From positions 86,738,001 to 86,802,000 of the forward strand of contig OX597824.1 of NCBI GenBank assembly GCA_951406725.2: a stretch of 64,000 bases of DNA, in the 5' to 3' direction. The position numbers and the translations under genes were made by a program. Position 1 is the stretch's first letter; every line of letters starts with the position of its first letter. This DNA is from Octopus vulgaris. Its lineage: Eukaryota. Shown here in pieces: positions 11,072-24,300 of the stretch. The notes under the pieces were generated by a model. The model saw only the letters and a program-made list of their open reading frames with translations. It had not been told where the DNA came from and searched no databases.

Positions 11072-13697
11072 CATATATATAATATTCAATATCTGTACAC
11101 CACACCTAACACTCTATATATATATATATACATACACATGCAAGTATAAGCATGCATACATATACAAACATATATACATACATATGCATACTCACGCACG
11201 CACACACATATATATCTAGCATGCAAAAATTGGTTTTAAAAACTCACTTTTGCATAAATGTAAAAAAACAAAAATACAAAGGATGTCCTTGGGATTTGAA
11301 CCCTCATCTCTAGTGGGCATGTCAGATGTTCTGCCATTAGACTAAAGTGATCTTTATAATTTCCTCATTCATTTTAGGAACTTCATTCTTATCAGCAAGA
11401 ATTGTATGTTTTTGATGTAAGAATATTATAAATTTTTATTAGTGAATCTTGAAGCATATAAAGCTACAAATAATAACATAAGCAACATTTGACTTTTTAC
11501 TATCCAAGAGGGTTTCCCACCCAATATTCACATGCTATTGTAGCAGAGCTACATAATTTAGGCATAGTATTAAGTGATTCGATCTGCTCAGCAAATGAAT
11601 ATATCAATGAGGCAGCTAGCCTCGCTTTGATACAGTAGCCTCGTTCTGAGCTCCTCTGTAGAAACAGCCTGAATTCCTGCCAGGCTTTGATCAAAGACAC
11701 ATGTCTTCTCTGCAGCTCCACACACAATCTCCCACGTGCGACTCACAAGTCTATTCACCTCGACACAAGATATCATCATCATCATCATGACCACCGTTTA
11801 ATGTCCGCTTTCCATGCTAGCATGGGTTGGACGGTTTGACTGAGGGCTGGCGAACCAGATGGCTGCACCAGGCTCCAATCTTGATCTGGCAGAGTTTCTA
11901 CAGCTGGATGCCCTTTCTAATGCCAACCACTCCAAGAGTGTAGTGGGTGCTTTTAGGTGCCACCGGCAAGGGGGCCAAGTCAGGCGGTACTGGCAACGAC
12001 CTCGCTCAAATTTTTTTTACGGATATATGGTTTGTAAACGAAGATATTTTATCACACACACACATTCTCAAAACGACTGTTCTCATTACACACATGGATA
12101 AAATCAAAACTTTCTTTCTATGTAAACACACACGTTTTTGTATCATACTACAGGCTTCCACCACAAAGGGTTTTAGATGGATAGGTGGTATTCCCTCTAA
12201 TGTGACTCTGCTCAGAAGGCTGTAATGTTATCGTGGTAGGAAACCGGTAAAGAAATACATGGATCAAATGTGATAACTTTAAATACGTTTATTGTGGCTA
12301 CACGTATATATACACAACTGAATGACAAATGGAAGTGGTTGATGTACATTTATTCATATATCTTCATGCATCTGCGTGGGTTGTATGCTAGCTGTTAACC
12401 CTGGTGAGGAAAGCTCACGAACAGCGATATATCAGAACTAGTGCAGTGTGTTGGTGCTGTATAGATGTTGTTGATGACGTTGGTTTGTTTCTTTCTTTGT
12501 TGAGTGAAGCGGTCTTCACCCCAGAGCTCGCAAGATCGCGCCTCAGGATTGTCTGTAGTGGGAGAAGTCCGAAACGTGGTCCTTTGCTATCCGTAAGACC
12601 CACAGAAGAGAAAGCAGGTCAACCCCCGACACCGAGAGCATCGACGGATGGATTAATGCGCATCCAGGCTCAGCGGTTGTGTAGGAAGTCGGGGACAAGA
12701 AACAGGAAGAAAGAGTGAGAGAAAGATGGGGCGAAAGAGTACAACAGGTGTTGCCACCACCCCTGCCGGAGCCTTGTGGAGCTTTGTGGAGCTTTAGGTG
12801 TTTTCGCTCAATAAACACACACAACGCCCGGTCTGGGAATCGAAACTGCGATCCTCCGACCGCGAGTCCGCTGCCCTAACCACTGGGCCATTGTGCCTCC
12901 ACGATGTCGTTGGTGAGAGACATCACGAAGATGAAGAGGCTCAAATGATGTTTGGGACAGACTGTCTTACGTGACTTATTTGAGGGTTGTGATTGGTTGG
13001 GTTTCATACTAGCGTGCGATAGAGTAAGAGGCAAATTGCACCAACCCCAACCACTCAGAGTGGTAAACACAGTGGGTTCCAAAACAGCACCCAAAGGTTA
13101 GCAGTTACCTGCTACGTTCGTATGTATTTGTATATTATAGAGAGAGGAAGGTCAATAGAGTTCGCAACAAGGTAAACACAGAATAAACAATATATTTATA
13201 CACAAAAATGTCTTATGGTGATTCGTGAATTGTCGAGTTGTCACGGAAACAGCCGAGTGTTTGTTTTAGATTTTGTCGAGTTATATCGAAGGATTGCTTC
13301 AATCGTCCCTTATTACAAACAAGCGGGACTCAGTACACTGTAAAAATAAAAAGGTTCCGACTGCTGTCAAGCACGCTGTTACCGAATAAATTGGTAAATG
13401 GCACGTTAAACCCAATCATTGCCTCGAGTCCTTATGCGCAGGGTGCGGAAAAGAAATACTAGTCCTTCCGGTTGAGTGTGAGACTTACAAAAATAGAGGT
13501 GAAAATATTTAAATTTGTCATGTTCGTTATAAAGGTGAACTTACACATTTGCACGTGAGCTTATGATGCGCCGATTGTGAAGAAATACCTGATGTGAGAT
13601 TATATGTAGTTCTGACGCACCTTTGTACTATAAACGTCAGAACTGTAAAATCTGTGCTGTGAAAAAGCTGTGTTAGTCCTGGTTTCTGTCGAAATTA

Positions 13698-14645
13698 ATG
13701 ATGTTATTGACAATTTTGGCAGCTGTGGGCACAACAATAATTTTACCCTTGTCGATTCGCTACTTTATGAAAGGAGCCACCTGTACCAGCCCTGTTAAAC
13801 TGGAAGGCAAAACAGTTATTATTACTGGAGGTAACTGTGGAATCGGATTCGAAACAGCCCGTAATTTATTACTACGAGGGGCCCGAGTGATCCTCGCATG
13901 TCGGGACTTAAATAAGGCGAAATCGGCTGCGGAACAATTAAGCGAATTAGGTTCAGGTGTTGTACTTGTTGAAAAACTTGATCTCTCAAGCTTCGATTCC
14001 ATTCGGACATTCTGCAAGAATATTAAGCAACATATCACCTCTTTGGATATCCTTATAAACAATGCGGGTGTTTATTTCCACCCGTATGCTGAGACAGAAG
14101 ATGGCCTGGAAATGCATATGGGCGTCAATTACTTTGGTCCCTTCCTTTTGACACATCTTCTCCTGGAGTTATTAAAGAAGTCTGATTCACCCCGCGTCGT
14201 TTTTGTCGGGAGTGGGATTTACAAATACGGGAAAATCGATTTTAACAACACGATTAGAAAAACATTTTTCCAAAAACACAATGCCTACGGCGACAGTAAG
14301 TTAGCCTGTGCTTTATTTTGCCGTGAATTTAGCAATCGAATGTCAGACACTGATATTAACATATACTATGTTCACCCAGGACCAGTGAACACAGATATAG
14401 GAAGAAACCTTTTTAATTCATTTCTTTGGAAACCAATGCACTATCTTTTCAAATTATTTTCAAAGACTTGCGTAGAGGGTTGTCAAACTGTTGTATATTG
14501 CGCTGTTAGTGAAGAGACGAAAGACCAATCTGGTTACTACTACAGTGAATGCCAGAGAGACGAATGGGCAAATCAAGCCCTGGATAAACAACTTGCTGTA
14601 AAGTTGTGGAACTTCAGCGAAAAAGTTACGGGATTAATCGAATGA
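13698..14645 (+). CDS. Retinol dehydrogenase 11/12/14-like SDR, copy 1 (intronless)
   Basis: 315-aa ORF with N-terminal hydrophobic anchor, TGGNCGIG, LDLS, NNAG, catalytic YGDSK and HPG. Confidence 0.95.
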   Translation: MMLLTILAAVGTTIILPLSIRYFMKGATCTSPVKLEGKTVIITGGNCGIGFETARNLLLRGARVILACRDLNKAKSAAEQLSELGSGVVLVEKLDLSSFDSIRTFCKNIKQHITSLDILINNAGVYFHPYAETEDGLEMHMGVNYFGPFLLTHLLLELLKKSDSPRVVFVGSGIYKYGKIDFNNTIRKTFFQKHNAYGDSKLACALFCREFSNRMSDTDINIYYVHPGPVNTDIGRNLFNSFLWKPMHYLFKLFSKTCVEGCQTVVYCAVSEETKDQSGYYYSECQRDEWANQALDKQLAVKLWNFSEKVTGLIE

Positions 14646-15822
14646 AAATTGTTCTCTCACCAAATTATAAATATAAGGCTACCCTTCTTTTCTGTGGAAT
14701 AATTAAAAAAAATAATAATAACGAAAGAAGAAAGACTCTCGGATGCAATTAATGTAAAAAAAATCTTGTTCGTCACAAAATTAAAGAAATTCTATGAGAG
14801 TTTCGTTTTGAAGAAATACTGATTCGATGTTGGAAGGTGTGAAGGATCTTTTATTTTATAGAATAGAACCGTTGCAGGGAGCGAAGAAAGTATCTTGTAT
14901 TTTAATGTATGTTTCGTTTTCTGAATCAAATCGACGGCAGATTAATTATTGATGTTACATGACAATTAAGAAAATATTTATTTGTTTGTTTAATATCGAT
15001 CATGATCAGTGATATTGGAATATCGAGGACTGGCTTTAGTGCTTGAATGAAAACATTTTTCGAACCAAATATTTGACAGTCCGTGTTGAAGTAATTAATG
15101 TTCGTGCGAATGTGTTGAGAATCTCAACATCTGTAGCTTTCTGGTTGTTTTCGTATCGTCGTGTTTTTAAGAAATCGGAATTTTCTCTTTTTAATTAGTT
15201 TAAAGAAAAGCATTCCTGCCGGGACCAAAAACCTAATCCTAATAACTCTTTACCAATAATAAGTTTTTCAGTAATTGTATTAAATGCAGTTAATTACTGC
15301 CGCATGAAGAAAAGGCAAAACTAAATGTGACCGTCAAGTATTTGTTTTGAAAAGTTTTCGTGTTGGATTTTAAATCCAGGATTCCCTAATTATTTAATGA
15401 GGGTCAGCGTAAGAAGATCACTGATCGCAAATTGTAACACAAATATATAGTTTAATGAACATCATTTTCAAAACTTTCTCACACGCCTTTCTTGAAGTGA
15501 GGTACAACAGTTTCCAGGCGTACCTACACAAATGTACCTCGCCCCATCGACTTTGTTTTCACATAACTTTCTCCTGTACGTATGTGTTCGTCACAGCATT
15601 TTCTTTTTTTACGTTAAATTCCGATATAATCGTAATTTACAGCATCTGAAAGTTATTTATACAAATCTTCATTAAAAAAATATCGTGTCTATATGGTTTT
15701 TATATCATATCTATATCGTTGCATAATCATGTCTGTATTGGTAAGATGGAATTCAAAATCGGATTCAGTAACTTAAATTTCCAATGTTCCAGTGCAAAAA
15801 TACAAAATCAATTAGCTTAGAA

Positions 15823-15987
15823 GGTACTATTTAAGAAGAGTGGTCCCGGTGCGCGCACTCGCGCAATCGCACTAGCTAGTCGTGACTACCTAGCAAAGTA
15901 AATAAAATACAAAATTAATAATTTTTTTACACAAAGTAAATAAAACACAAAAACACAAAGTAAAGATCGACTAGTCACGACTAGCTA
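15823..15987. mobile_element. Truncated MITE (mirror of 25991-26189)
   Basis: Has only one TIR (GGTACTATTTAAGAAGAGTGGTCCCGGTGCGCGC) and is fused to the next element. Confidence 0.85.
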
Positions 15988-16551
15988 TTATGTCCACCCA
16001 TAATTATGACCCTAGTATCGATCTATTGCATTTCAATCTGTTTTAGGGTTGGGGTTGGGTTAGGGGTGGGAGAAGGGTATCTTTTTTTCTTCAGTAATGT
16101 AAATAAACTCAATCTGTTTCTTAAACGAATATATAATATGTAATGTGTGTATCTGTGCAACAGAGAGGGAAATTAAAACTGCTTATGTTGTGAACTTAGA
16201 ATCTGTGTTTATTGATAAAAGTTTAATAATGATAATCTTTTATTCATACGAACGTAACTGATATGAAACATGTCATAAATAACAGTGACACATTGATATG
16301 ATACCGCCAGAAAATGTTGTTGACACACTACAGCAGAAATTGTATTCACCTCAATAGATGTCATTGATTGGTTGAAATTGCTGAAATGCAAGAAATTAAA
16401 CAACAAATAGCTTACAAACTACAGAATTTTCTCAAGAAAGCCAAGAAGAAAAGATGTTTTATGTAACACATTCTACCAGTATACGAAGTTTAAAAGTGTT
16501 TAGTTACAAAGAAATTATTTTTAAAATCTGCCGGTCAAAGTGAAAAGATCC
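15988..16551. mobile_element. Left-truncated GGATC…GATCC MITE, inverted relative to 16707-17113
   Basis: Reverse-complement match to 16707-17113, for example ccataattatgaccctagtatcgatc. Confidence 0.8.
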
Positions 16552-16706
16552 AATACTTTTTTTTTTTAAACGATGGTATTTTCTAAGTGCATTTTATATA
16601 CCGGAAAATGTGGGTTTTTTTTTATCTATTATCTTTTCTTTGTATCTGACTGAGGTCATACTGGGGCACTGCCTTGAAGAATTTTAGCTGAACGAATTGA
16701 CTCCAG

Positions 16707-17113
16707 GGATCTTTTCTGTTTGACTGGCAGTTTTTTTAAACAATTCCCACGTAACTAAACACTTTAAAACTTCGTATACTGATAGAATGTGTTTATAAAA
16801 CATCTTTTTCTCTTGGCTTTATTGAGAAAATTCTATAGTTTGTAAGATATTTTTTGTTTTTTTTCTGCAATTTCAACCAATCAGTGACGTCTATTGAGGT
16901 GAAAACATTCTGTGCTGTATGAATATGTCCCTCGTTTAAGAAACAGATTGGGTTTATTTACATTTCTGAAGAAAAAAGATACCCTTCCCCCCACCCCTAA
17001 CCCTAACCCCAAAACAGATTGAAATGCAATAGATCGATACTAGGGTCATAATTATGGGTGACAATTTCATATGACACCGCTAGAAAAAACTGCCATTCAA
17101 ACCGCAATGATCC
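16707..17113. mobile_element. MITE with GG termini and 8-bp TSD (Merlin-like)
   Basis: GGATC…GATCC termini with TSD gactccag/aactccag; inserted in a SINE. Superfamily is inferred from termini and TSD length. Confidence 0.75.
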
Positions 17114-17673
17114 AACTCCAGTACTTACGTTTTAAGCATGGCACTTATTTTATTGGTTTCTATTGTCAAACGCTAAGTCACTAGTATGTAAACTAACCAA
17201 CATAAGTTGTCAACCGGTGTGGGAGACAAATACAGCCACAAGGACTCACACACACATATATATGACAGGCTTCTTTCGGAATTCCTATTATCAAGTCTAT
17301 TCACAAGGTTTCAGTTGACCCAAGGCTATAGTAGAGTACACTTGCCCAAGGTGCCACACAGTAAGACTGGACCCGGCACCTATACCAACATAACTAAATC
17401 TCGCAAACTATTTTGTCAAACAGCACGTTCCTATAACATATATATTATCATTCAAATGAAAATAAAAATGCTTCTTTTTTTGTGGGGGTGTATTTTTGTA
17501 TTTTGACCTCTTTTCCCACAGTCCTAGTTAAAACCCAAATTGATAAAAATCTTTTCAGAAAGGTCCTCTTGAGGGCTTTTATTATCTTGTATTCTTATCA
17601 TCCTGTCACCTCAGCTTCGCTTATGTATATAAGTTTACATATATATGTATGTATATATTTATATATGTATGTT

Positions 17674-17706
<33 letters not shown>

Positions 17707-19087
17707 GTGCGTTATACTAATACATCTGTTTGTTTTGTACAGCACCTGTCTTCGTCTTTTGTTTTTTTCGTAAACTCTCCCTATATATGTATGTGTGTGT
17801 GTGTGCGTACCTGAAAATACAAGTTTCAACAAATTGACTTCAGGACTTATTTTTTAAAGATAAGTACTTATCGTATTGGTCTCTTTGCTAAACTACTAAG
17901 TTACGCTGGCATAAACACACTGACACTGTTTACCAAGCGGTGATGGGGACAAACATAGTCACTAAGACACACACATATGACGGGCTTCCTTCAGTTGTTG
18001 TCTAACAAATCCTCTCACAAGGCTTTGGTCAACCCAAAACTATAGCAGAAAACACTTGTCCAAGGTGCCATGCAGTGGGACTGAACCCAGAACTGTTTGG
18101 TCAGGAAGCAAACTTCTTAATACACAGCCATGCCAGCGCTTATGTTTTATGTTAAATTCTTGCATTTTTCACAATTTTACTTTTTCTACAACATTACATA
18201 TTATGATAAGACAAGTACTTTCATGTTTTCTGCAATCTTCAGGTTCATTTAGTAGCAGTATTAAACAACAGCTATGTTTCACAATTGATAACTGTAGTAG
18301 AATGCTTGAAATTCTCCTTTAAATACTTTCCAGCAGGCTCCAGCAAGTTGTACCATAAATCTTACGAACTGTATTTTAATCAACCAAAGTACTGCTTAGA
18401 TGTCGCAACTAAGTGGGTGTGATAGCATTCTATTCATAAAAACATTTTGACCAATCAGCATACAGCGTAGCAATTATGCCAACCCAGTTGACGTTTACAG
18501 CACTTACTCATAGAAATACTTTAGTCCTCTATAAAGGATTTGGTGATATTCAGATGTTGAAGAACACTTGATACTGTAAACGCTATCCTTGGTTTCAGCG
18601 AATTTAATATTACTATTACTGTTCAAATTTCTAAGTTCAAATTCTGCTGAGGGCGACTTTACCTTTCATCTTTAATAATGGAAGGCAAGATTTACGATAT
18701 TGGAAGAATATCGTCCCCTTCCATCATTCATTTTGTTCTTTATGTAGTTCAGGCTTCCGGCAGGCAAAGAGAAAAGACTTCAAAGTCACTATATATATAT
18801 ATAGGTTCAGCAAAATTTAGATTCAGATGAATATGGTACTTAATTTAAAGGCACCAGAATTTGGTATGGTATTATCCATATAAATCAAATGGGGTGATTA
18901 TAATCAAAATAAGCAACAAGGATATCCAAGGTAGTGTAGTACAATCGTTTCATGCTACTTCATTTTATTAAACAATGCAAGTATTACATCAGTTTTAAAA
19001 TGTAGAGCAATCTTCAGTCACATATAGAATTTTTTAATTAAATAGACAATGTACATTTTTATACTTATTCTGTTTGCCATATATATA

Positions 19088-20369
19088 CGAGGGGCGTTCA
19101 ATATGTAATGCCCCTGACCCACTTCCCATTGCAGTAGAGCAACGAAACTTGGCACAGTTATTAATCTTTTTCTACATAGGAACCACCCAGAGTTACGCAT
19201 TTCTCCCATCGTTTGATGCAGCTCTGGAGACCGCTTTTGTAGAAGACCCCAGCTTGGTCCTCCAACCACGACGTGACTTCAGAAATCAAGGCTGCATCAT
19301 CTGGGAAACGCTTTCCTCTCAAAAACAACTTCATGGCTGGGAAGAGGTGAAAATCAGAGGGTGCAAGGTCAGGAGAGTAGGGGGGATGGAGGAGGAGTTC
19401 ATAGCCGCACGCCTGTGCTTCTGATCTGGCGACACGCGAGTTGTGGACCGGAGTGTTGGCCTGCAGGTAGAGGATGCCTTTGCTGATCTTGCCCCGCCTC
19501 TTGATTTTGATAGCTTCTCTTAATTTCCTCAAAAGTGAAGCATAATAGGCTCCTGTAATTGTGGTACCCTTTGCCAGGAAATCTGTCATCACTACTCCGT
19601 CCTGGTCTCAGAAGATTGTGAGCATGACCTTGCCAGCGGAGGGCTGCACCCTTGCTTCTTTGGAGGAGGTGAATCATGGTGTTTCCACTGCATTGACTGG
19701 GCTTTGCTCTCTGGATCATAGTGATGGACGCAGGTTTCATCCTGTGTAGTCAGTCTTTTGAAAAATTTTGACTCATCTTCTTGGCACATCTCCAAATTCA
19801 TCCTCGAGCACTCGACGCATTCTTTGCTTCTGGAAAGGTGTGAGCAACCTGGGAATCCATCTGGCAGATACCTTTTGCATATGCAAATGGTTATGAATGA
19901 TAGTTTCCACAGACCCGGTACTAATCTTGACCTCATGAGCTATTTGGCGAATAGTTATGCGTTGATCTTCCAAAATGGCAGCCTCAACTTGACGGACAGA
20001 TGCCTCATCAATGGCAGAGGTGGGACGACCAGATCTGGGTGTTGTTTCCGACCATGTTTGAATTCACGATGCTAGTGTTTTACAAGGCCATATGATGGGG
20101 CATCATCACCATGAGTTACTTTCATTTCATCAAAAGTCTCCAGTCGTGTGCGTCCTTTCAAATATAAAAACCGGATCACTGCTCGACACTCAACAGGCTC
20201 CATTTCACACTTGACTCAGTTCAAACACCTGTAAATCAGACACCACAATTAGTTCAGAGCTGTAATTTGCCACTTAATCTGTAGAGATATAAATAATTGC
20301 ACATGCAAACTTTCAGCTAGATCAAACAATTGCAAGTGGGTCAGGGGCATTACTTATTGAACGTCCCTC

Positions 20370-20370
<1 letters not shown>
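19088..20370 (-). mobile_element. Near full-length mariner transposon with pseudogenised transposase (~20203→19161)
   Basis: TA-flanked ~37-bp TIRs CGAGGG(G/A)CGTTCAATA(T/A)GTAATGCCCCTGACCCACTT. Motifs WIPRLL, TQDET and YSPDLAPSDFHLF. Frameshifts, a stop and the second catalytic D→A (QANT). Confidence 0.95.
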
Positions 20371-20412
<42 letters not shown>

Positions 20413-20413
<1 letters not shown>

Positions 20414-22299
20414 TAGCTGGTGTACCTGGCAATTCCTGGGTGTAAAGATGTTCTATTGAAATGCCTTATTACTCTGATATAAGAAAGCAATTTCATTATA
20501 ACTGCCACAAGAGGTGTATTTTCTGTCATAGAAAAGTACAAAAAACTGTCAGTTGGAGGAGGGAGAGATTGCTGGAGGTTGGCAAGAGAGGTTTCGGAGG
20601 TTGGCAAGAAAGTACTCTGACTCGTGGCATTTTGAAGGTGAACTGTATGAAGGCTAATTTATCAAAGATAATATATACATGTAGTATATATGTATATAAA
20701 TATATGAATGAAATATTTAAGGTTTAAGAATGAAATGAAGAAAGTGCAGTAATAACATTCACAGTTACAGATGGTCACTCTCAGTAACTGCCTTTAGCTT
20801 ACAGAGTTCTTGCTTTTATAACTATCGAAAAGCAGTCAGAAATATAGACATATTGTTGAGAACAAATGATCTCGTTGGAGGTCTGCTACCTCCATTCCAG
20901 CCCCTGGTGGCTTAGAAGAGATTAGACGGGTCAAGTGGCAAAGACATTATTCTGTTTAGCGAAGGCATCTGGGAAATGTATAACTGCTGTCATTCACAGA
21001 AAAACTATTGTTTTACCGTGAGAAAAGCGCTGTTGAAGTGTGAAGTGAAATTTGGCAATCGAGGGTCGAATCCACGCTATGCCTGCATGAAGCCACTACA
21101 AATACATTGTAGAATAAAAAAAATTTATCTACTGTCATAGGAAAAGTGGAACTGTAAAAAATGCAGAATTATCGGAGTAATGGGCATTCAAAAAAGTATT
21201 ATGTATAGAAATGTATGAATGAAGTCTTTAAGGTTTAAGATTCAAATCAAGACAGTGCAATAATAATGTTTAGCAGTTCAAAACTGAGTAGTGAAATGCA
21301 GAATTAGGTTGGCTGATCATGAGACTCAAATATTGATCACTTCACTAAAAACTGCAGGTGGTATGGGTTGTTTAAATAAAATATTAGTAATATGTAGTAG
21401 ATAGAAGGATCCATTGGAGGGGTCCTATTATTGATTTTTTTTTTCAACAATCTAAGTATGTCACAAGGTTTCCAGACATGAGTTCTATTCATGTGTCAAA
21501 TAAAGTATAAAAGTGATATTGTCTGCAAAAATTAGAAATTGGACGCACAAAAAAAATCAATATTCAAAGTAATCGAACGTAAACAATGAAACCTGTAAAA
21601 TATTTCTAAATTCGATGGCTCAATTAGTTTCATGAAAATGTTGTATGAACTGTAAATAAAAATAAATGTTATAATTTGCAAAATAAGTATAACTGACACA
21701 GGGTGTCCCAACTGAATGTGGTGTGGAAGTTTGGTTTCGTTTTTAAAGAATTTTAGGCATTCAAAGTTTGAGTTCATTGTATTGGGACACGTTAAGTACA
21801 TTCTGGAATCAAAAATTTATGTAGTGTCATCAAAAAATTTTAACTGGAAAAATGCAGAATTATTGGAGTTACAGGCATTGATAGTGTACACACACGAAGA
21901 AAATGCAATAAGGCTTAGCAGTTGAAAACTGTGAGTAGTAAAATTCAGAATTTGGTGCGCTGATCGTGAGAATCAAATATTGATCACTTCACTAAAAACT
22001 GTAAGTGGAGGTACTATGGGTTATTTCCCTTGAGAGTTATAAAAAAGAATATTGTGCAGGTGCTGTGGGCTGTTTCCCTTGGGTGTTTAAAATAAAAATC
22101 TAGTTATATGAGGTAGATATATGATCCCTTCCAGGGGCCGTATTATCAATTTTTTCAACAATCTATGTACGTCATGAGGTTTCCAGACACAAGTTCTACT
22201 CATGTGTCAAGTTTCATGAAAATCAATAAAACAATGTAGAAGGAGTTAGCTAACAATACCACAAACAAACACACACCGATTTTCCACATATGTAGTAGA
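20413..22299 (-). mobile_element. Non-autonomous Helitron
   Basis: Minus strand begins TC(TACTAC) at 22299 and ends with a GC hairpin plus CTAG at 20413, in A|T context; contains internal repeats. Confidence 0.7.
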
Positions 22300-22589
22300 T
22301 ATGTATATATAAATTCCACCCCCTCACTCTATATACCTCTCTTTCTATTGGTTTTTTTCTAATTTTTTATATATATATATATAATATTGTGTGAAATTTG
22401 ATTTAGTATTTCTAAATTGAATTTTTTCCCTCTAAGTTAGGAGTAATATTCCCTCAAATAATTATTCTATATATATATATATATATATATGGCATTAAGA
22501 AAGGTACCCAGTTTTAGAAACTAAGCCAAAATCAGAGTAGAACCTGCCTAACCAATACTAGCATGGAAAACAAATGTTAAAGGATAATG

Positions 22590-22642
<53 letters not shown>

Positions 22643-23059
22643 TGCACCACCAGATGCTCCTGAACCAGTTGTTGAGTGTCCCACCCAAGAGGAATCGATA
22701 TTAGATGTGTCGAAACAACTGTCATGATTAATAATAAATTCTCGTATATTCCACCTTCTGTCTTTCATTTGTTTTATATATATCATCATCATCATCATCA
22801 TCATCGTTTAACGTCTGCTTTCCATGCTGGCATGGATTGGACGGTTCAACTGGAGTCTGGGAAGCCAGAAGGCTGCACCAGGCCTAGTCTGATCTGGCAG
22901 TGTTTATACAGCTGGATGCCCTTCCTAACGCCAACCACTCCGTGAGTGTAGTGGGTGCTTTTTATGTGCCACCGGCACAGGTGCCAGACGAGGCTGGCAA
23001 GCGGCCACGATCAGATGGTGCTTTTTATGTGCCACCGGCACAATACATATATATATATA

Positions 23060-24300
23060 TATATTATGTGTTTCCACTCAGTTTCTGTCTACCAAATTCA
23101 TTCACAAGGCATTGAACAGCCCATGGTTATAGTAGTAGATATTTGCCCCAAGTGCCATACAGTGGGACTGAAACCGAGACCATCTGGTTGGAAAGCAAGC
23201 CTCTTAACCCCACAGCTACACTTGTGCCTAAATGGTGAGATGAAAAGAATAAATAAAAACTATTGAAATGTATTATTTATTGAAGAAATTTTAATAGGTA
23301 ATATAAATAAAAATAAATATATAAGTTAGATAATTTGTGTAGTGTGATGGAGGAAAAGGACAACAGAAAAAGAAACAAAGGGGAGAAAGAAACACAAAAG
23401 GCCTTACCTGTTGACCGAGGCAGAATCAGCGGTCACTCGCATGAATTAAACACGTCTTGTCTCTCTGCCGTCTCTGCTCGAACTGACCACACGTGCTTCC
23501 TGCCCACACATGCACCCATGGCTGTGCTGCCGGCCCCTGCAGTCTTAACTTCCATCTACCTCATCTGCAATCCCCTCCACCAACACCACATAGCTCATCA
23601 CAGCCCATAACACCACTAACACAATAATTTGTTAAATAAATATAAATTTTTCCTTGACTATTTTACATTTATTTTCAGATTTGTATTATTATAATATAAT
23701 CTGATTGTAACTTGAAGATATTGGAGTACTTTTCACGAAATGGTTTTGTGTACTTGTTGAATAGTCTCAGCTGCTGTTGTTGTAGTTGTTATTGTGGTAT
23801 GACCACCTTTAATCAACCCTGATTGAGCTGACCAGAGGTAGGTAAGTCATCAGATGGGCAAATGAGAACGACTCACAGACCTCTTGTTTCACACACTCCA
23901 TGTCCTCCATGAACTTCCTGACCATCATGGACTCAGGTCTTCTACTACACCCATGGACTGACCAAAGTGTCGCGAGTAGATTTTGTAAATAGAAAGTGAA
24001 AGTAGCTTGTTATTGTGTGCATGTGTGTGTGTGTGTGCACAGGTATGAGATACTTTCGCTTTGCCTTAGATTCATGATAGTTGTAAACGAATGTCGCCAT
24101 CATACAAGCAGTGTCCTCCAGTACCAGTTACGCACTGGGGTTGACGTAATCGACTTAATCTGTTTTTCTGTCCTTGTTTGTCACCTGTGTTTAGCCCCTT
24201 ATGGGTATTAAAGAAACAGGTGTAATATTACCTTACTTGGGCACAGGTGAGGGTTGGCAACAGGAAGACCATTCAGCTATAGAAAATCTGCCTCAACAGA
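23060..24300 (-). repeat. Inverted copy A' of 9255-10365
   Basis: Reverse-complement match including shared SINE remnants, with one 288-bp insertion and a deletion at ~24120. Confidence 0.9.
23336..23623. mobile_element. Solo LTR-like insertion
   Basis: TGT…ACA termini with imperfect terminal inverted repeats and TSD ATAATT(TG). Absent from the paralogous site at ~10100-10115. Confidence 0.75.

Noticed and set aside
12221-13116. Possible solo LTR starting TGTAATG with a nested SINE
   Set aside because: No matching …ACA end with a TSD could be identified.
13760-14062. Antisense ORFs duplicated in both RDH copies
   Set aside because: Shadows of the RDH CDS; conserved only because the DNA is near-identical.
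16044-16070. Telomeric TTAGGG-like / G-quadruplex tract (also ~16985-17010 and ~41241-41262)
   Set aside because: Only a few degenerate units, internal to MITE families.
19161-19592. SETMAR-like or domesticated transposase gene
   Set aside because: Lies within TIRs, is frameshifted, has a mutated catalytic Asp, and no SET exons are present.
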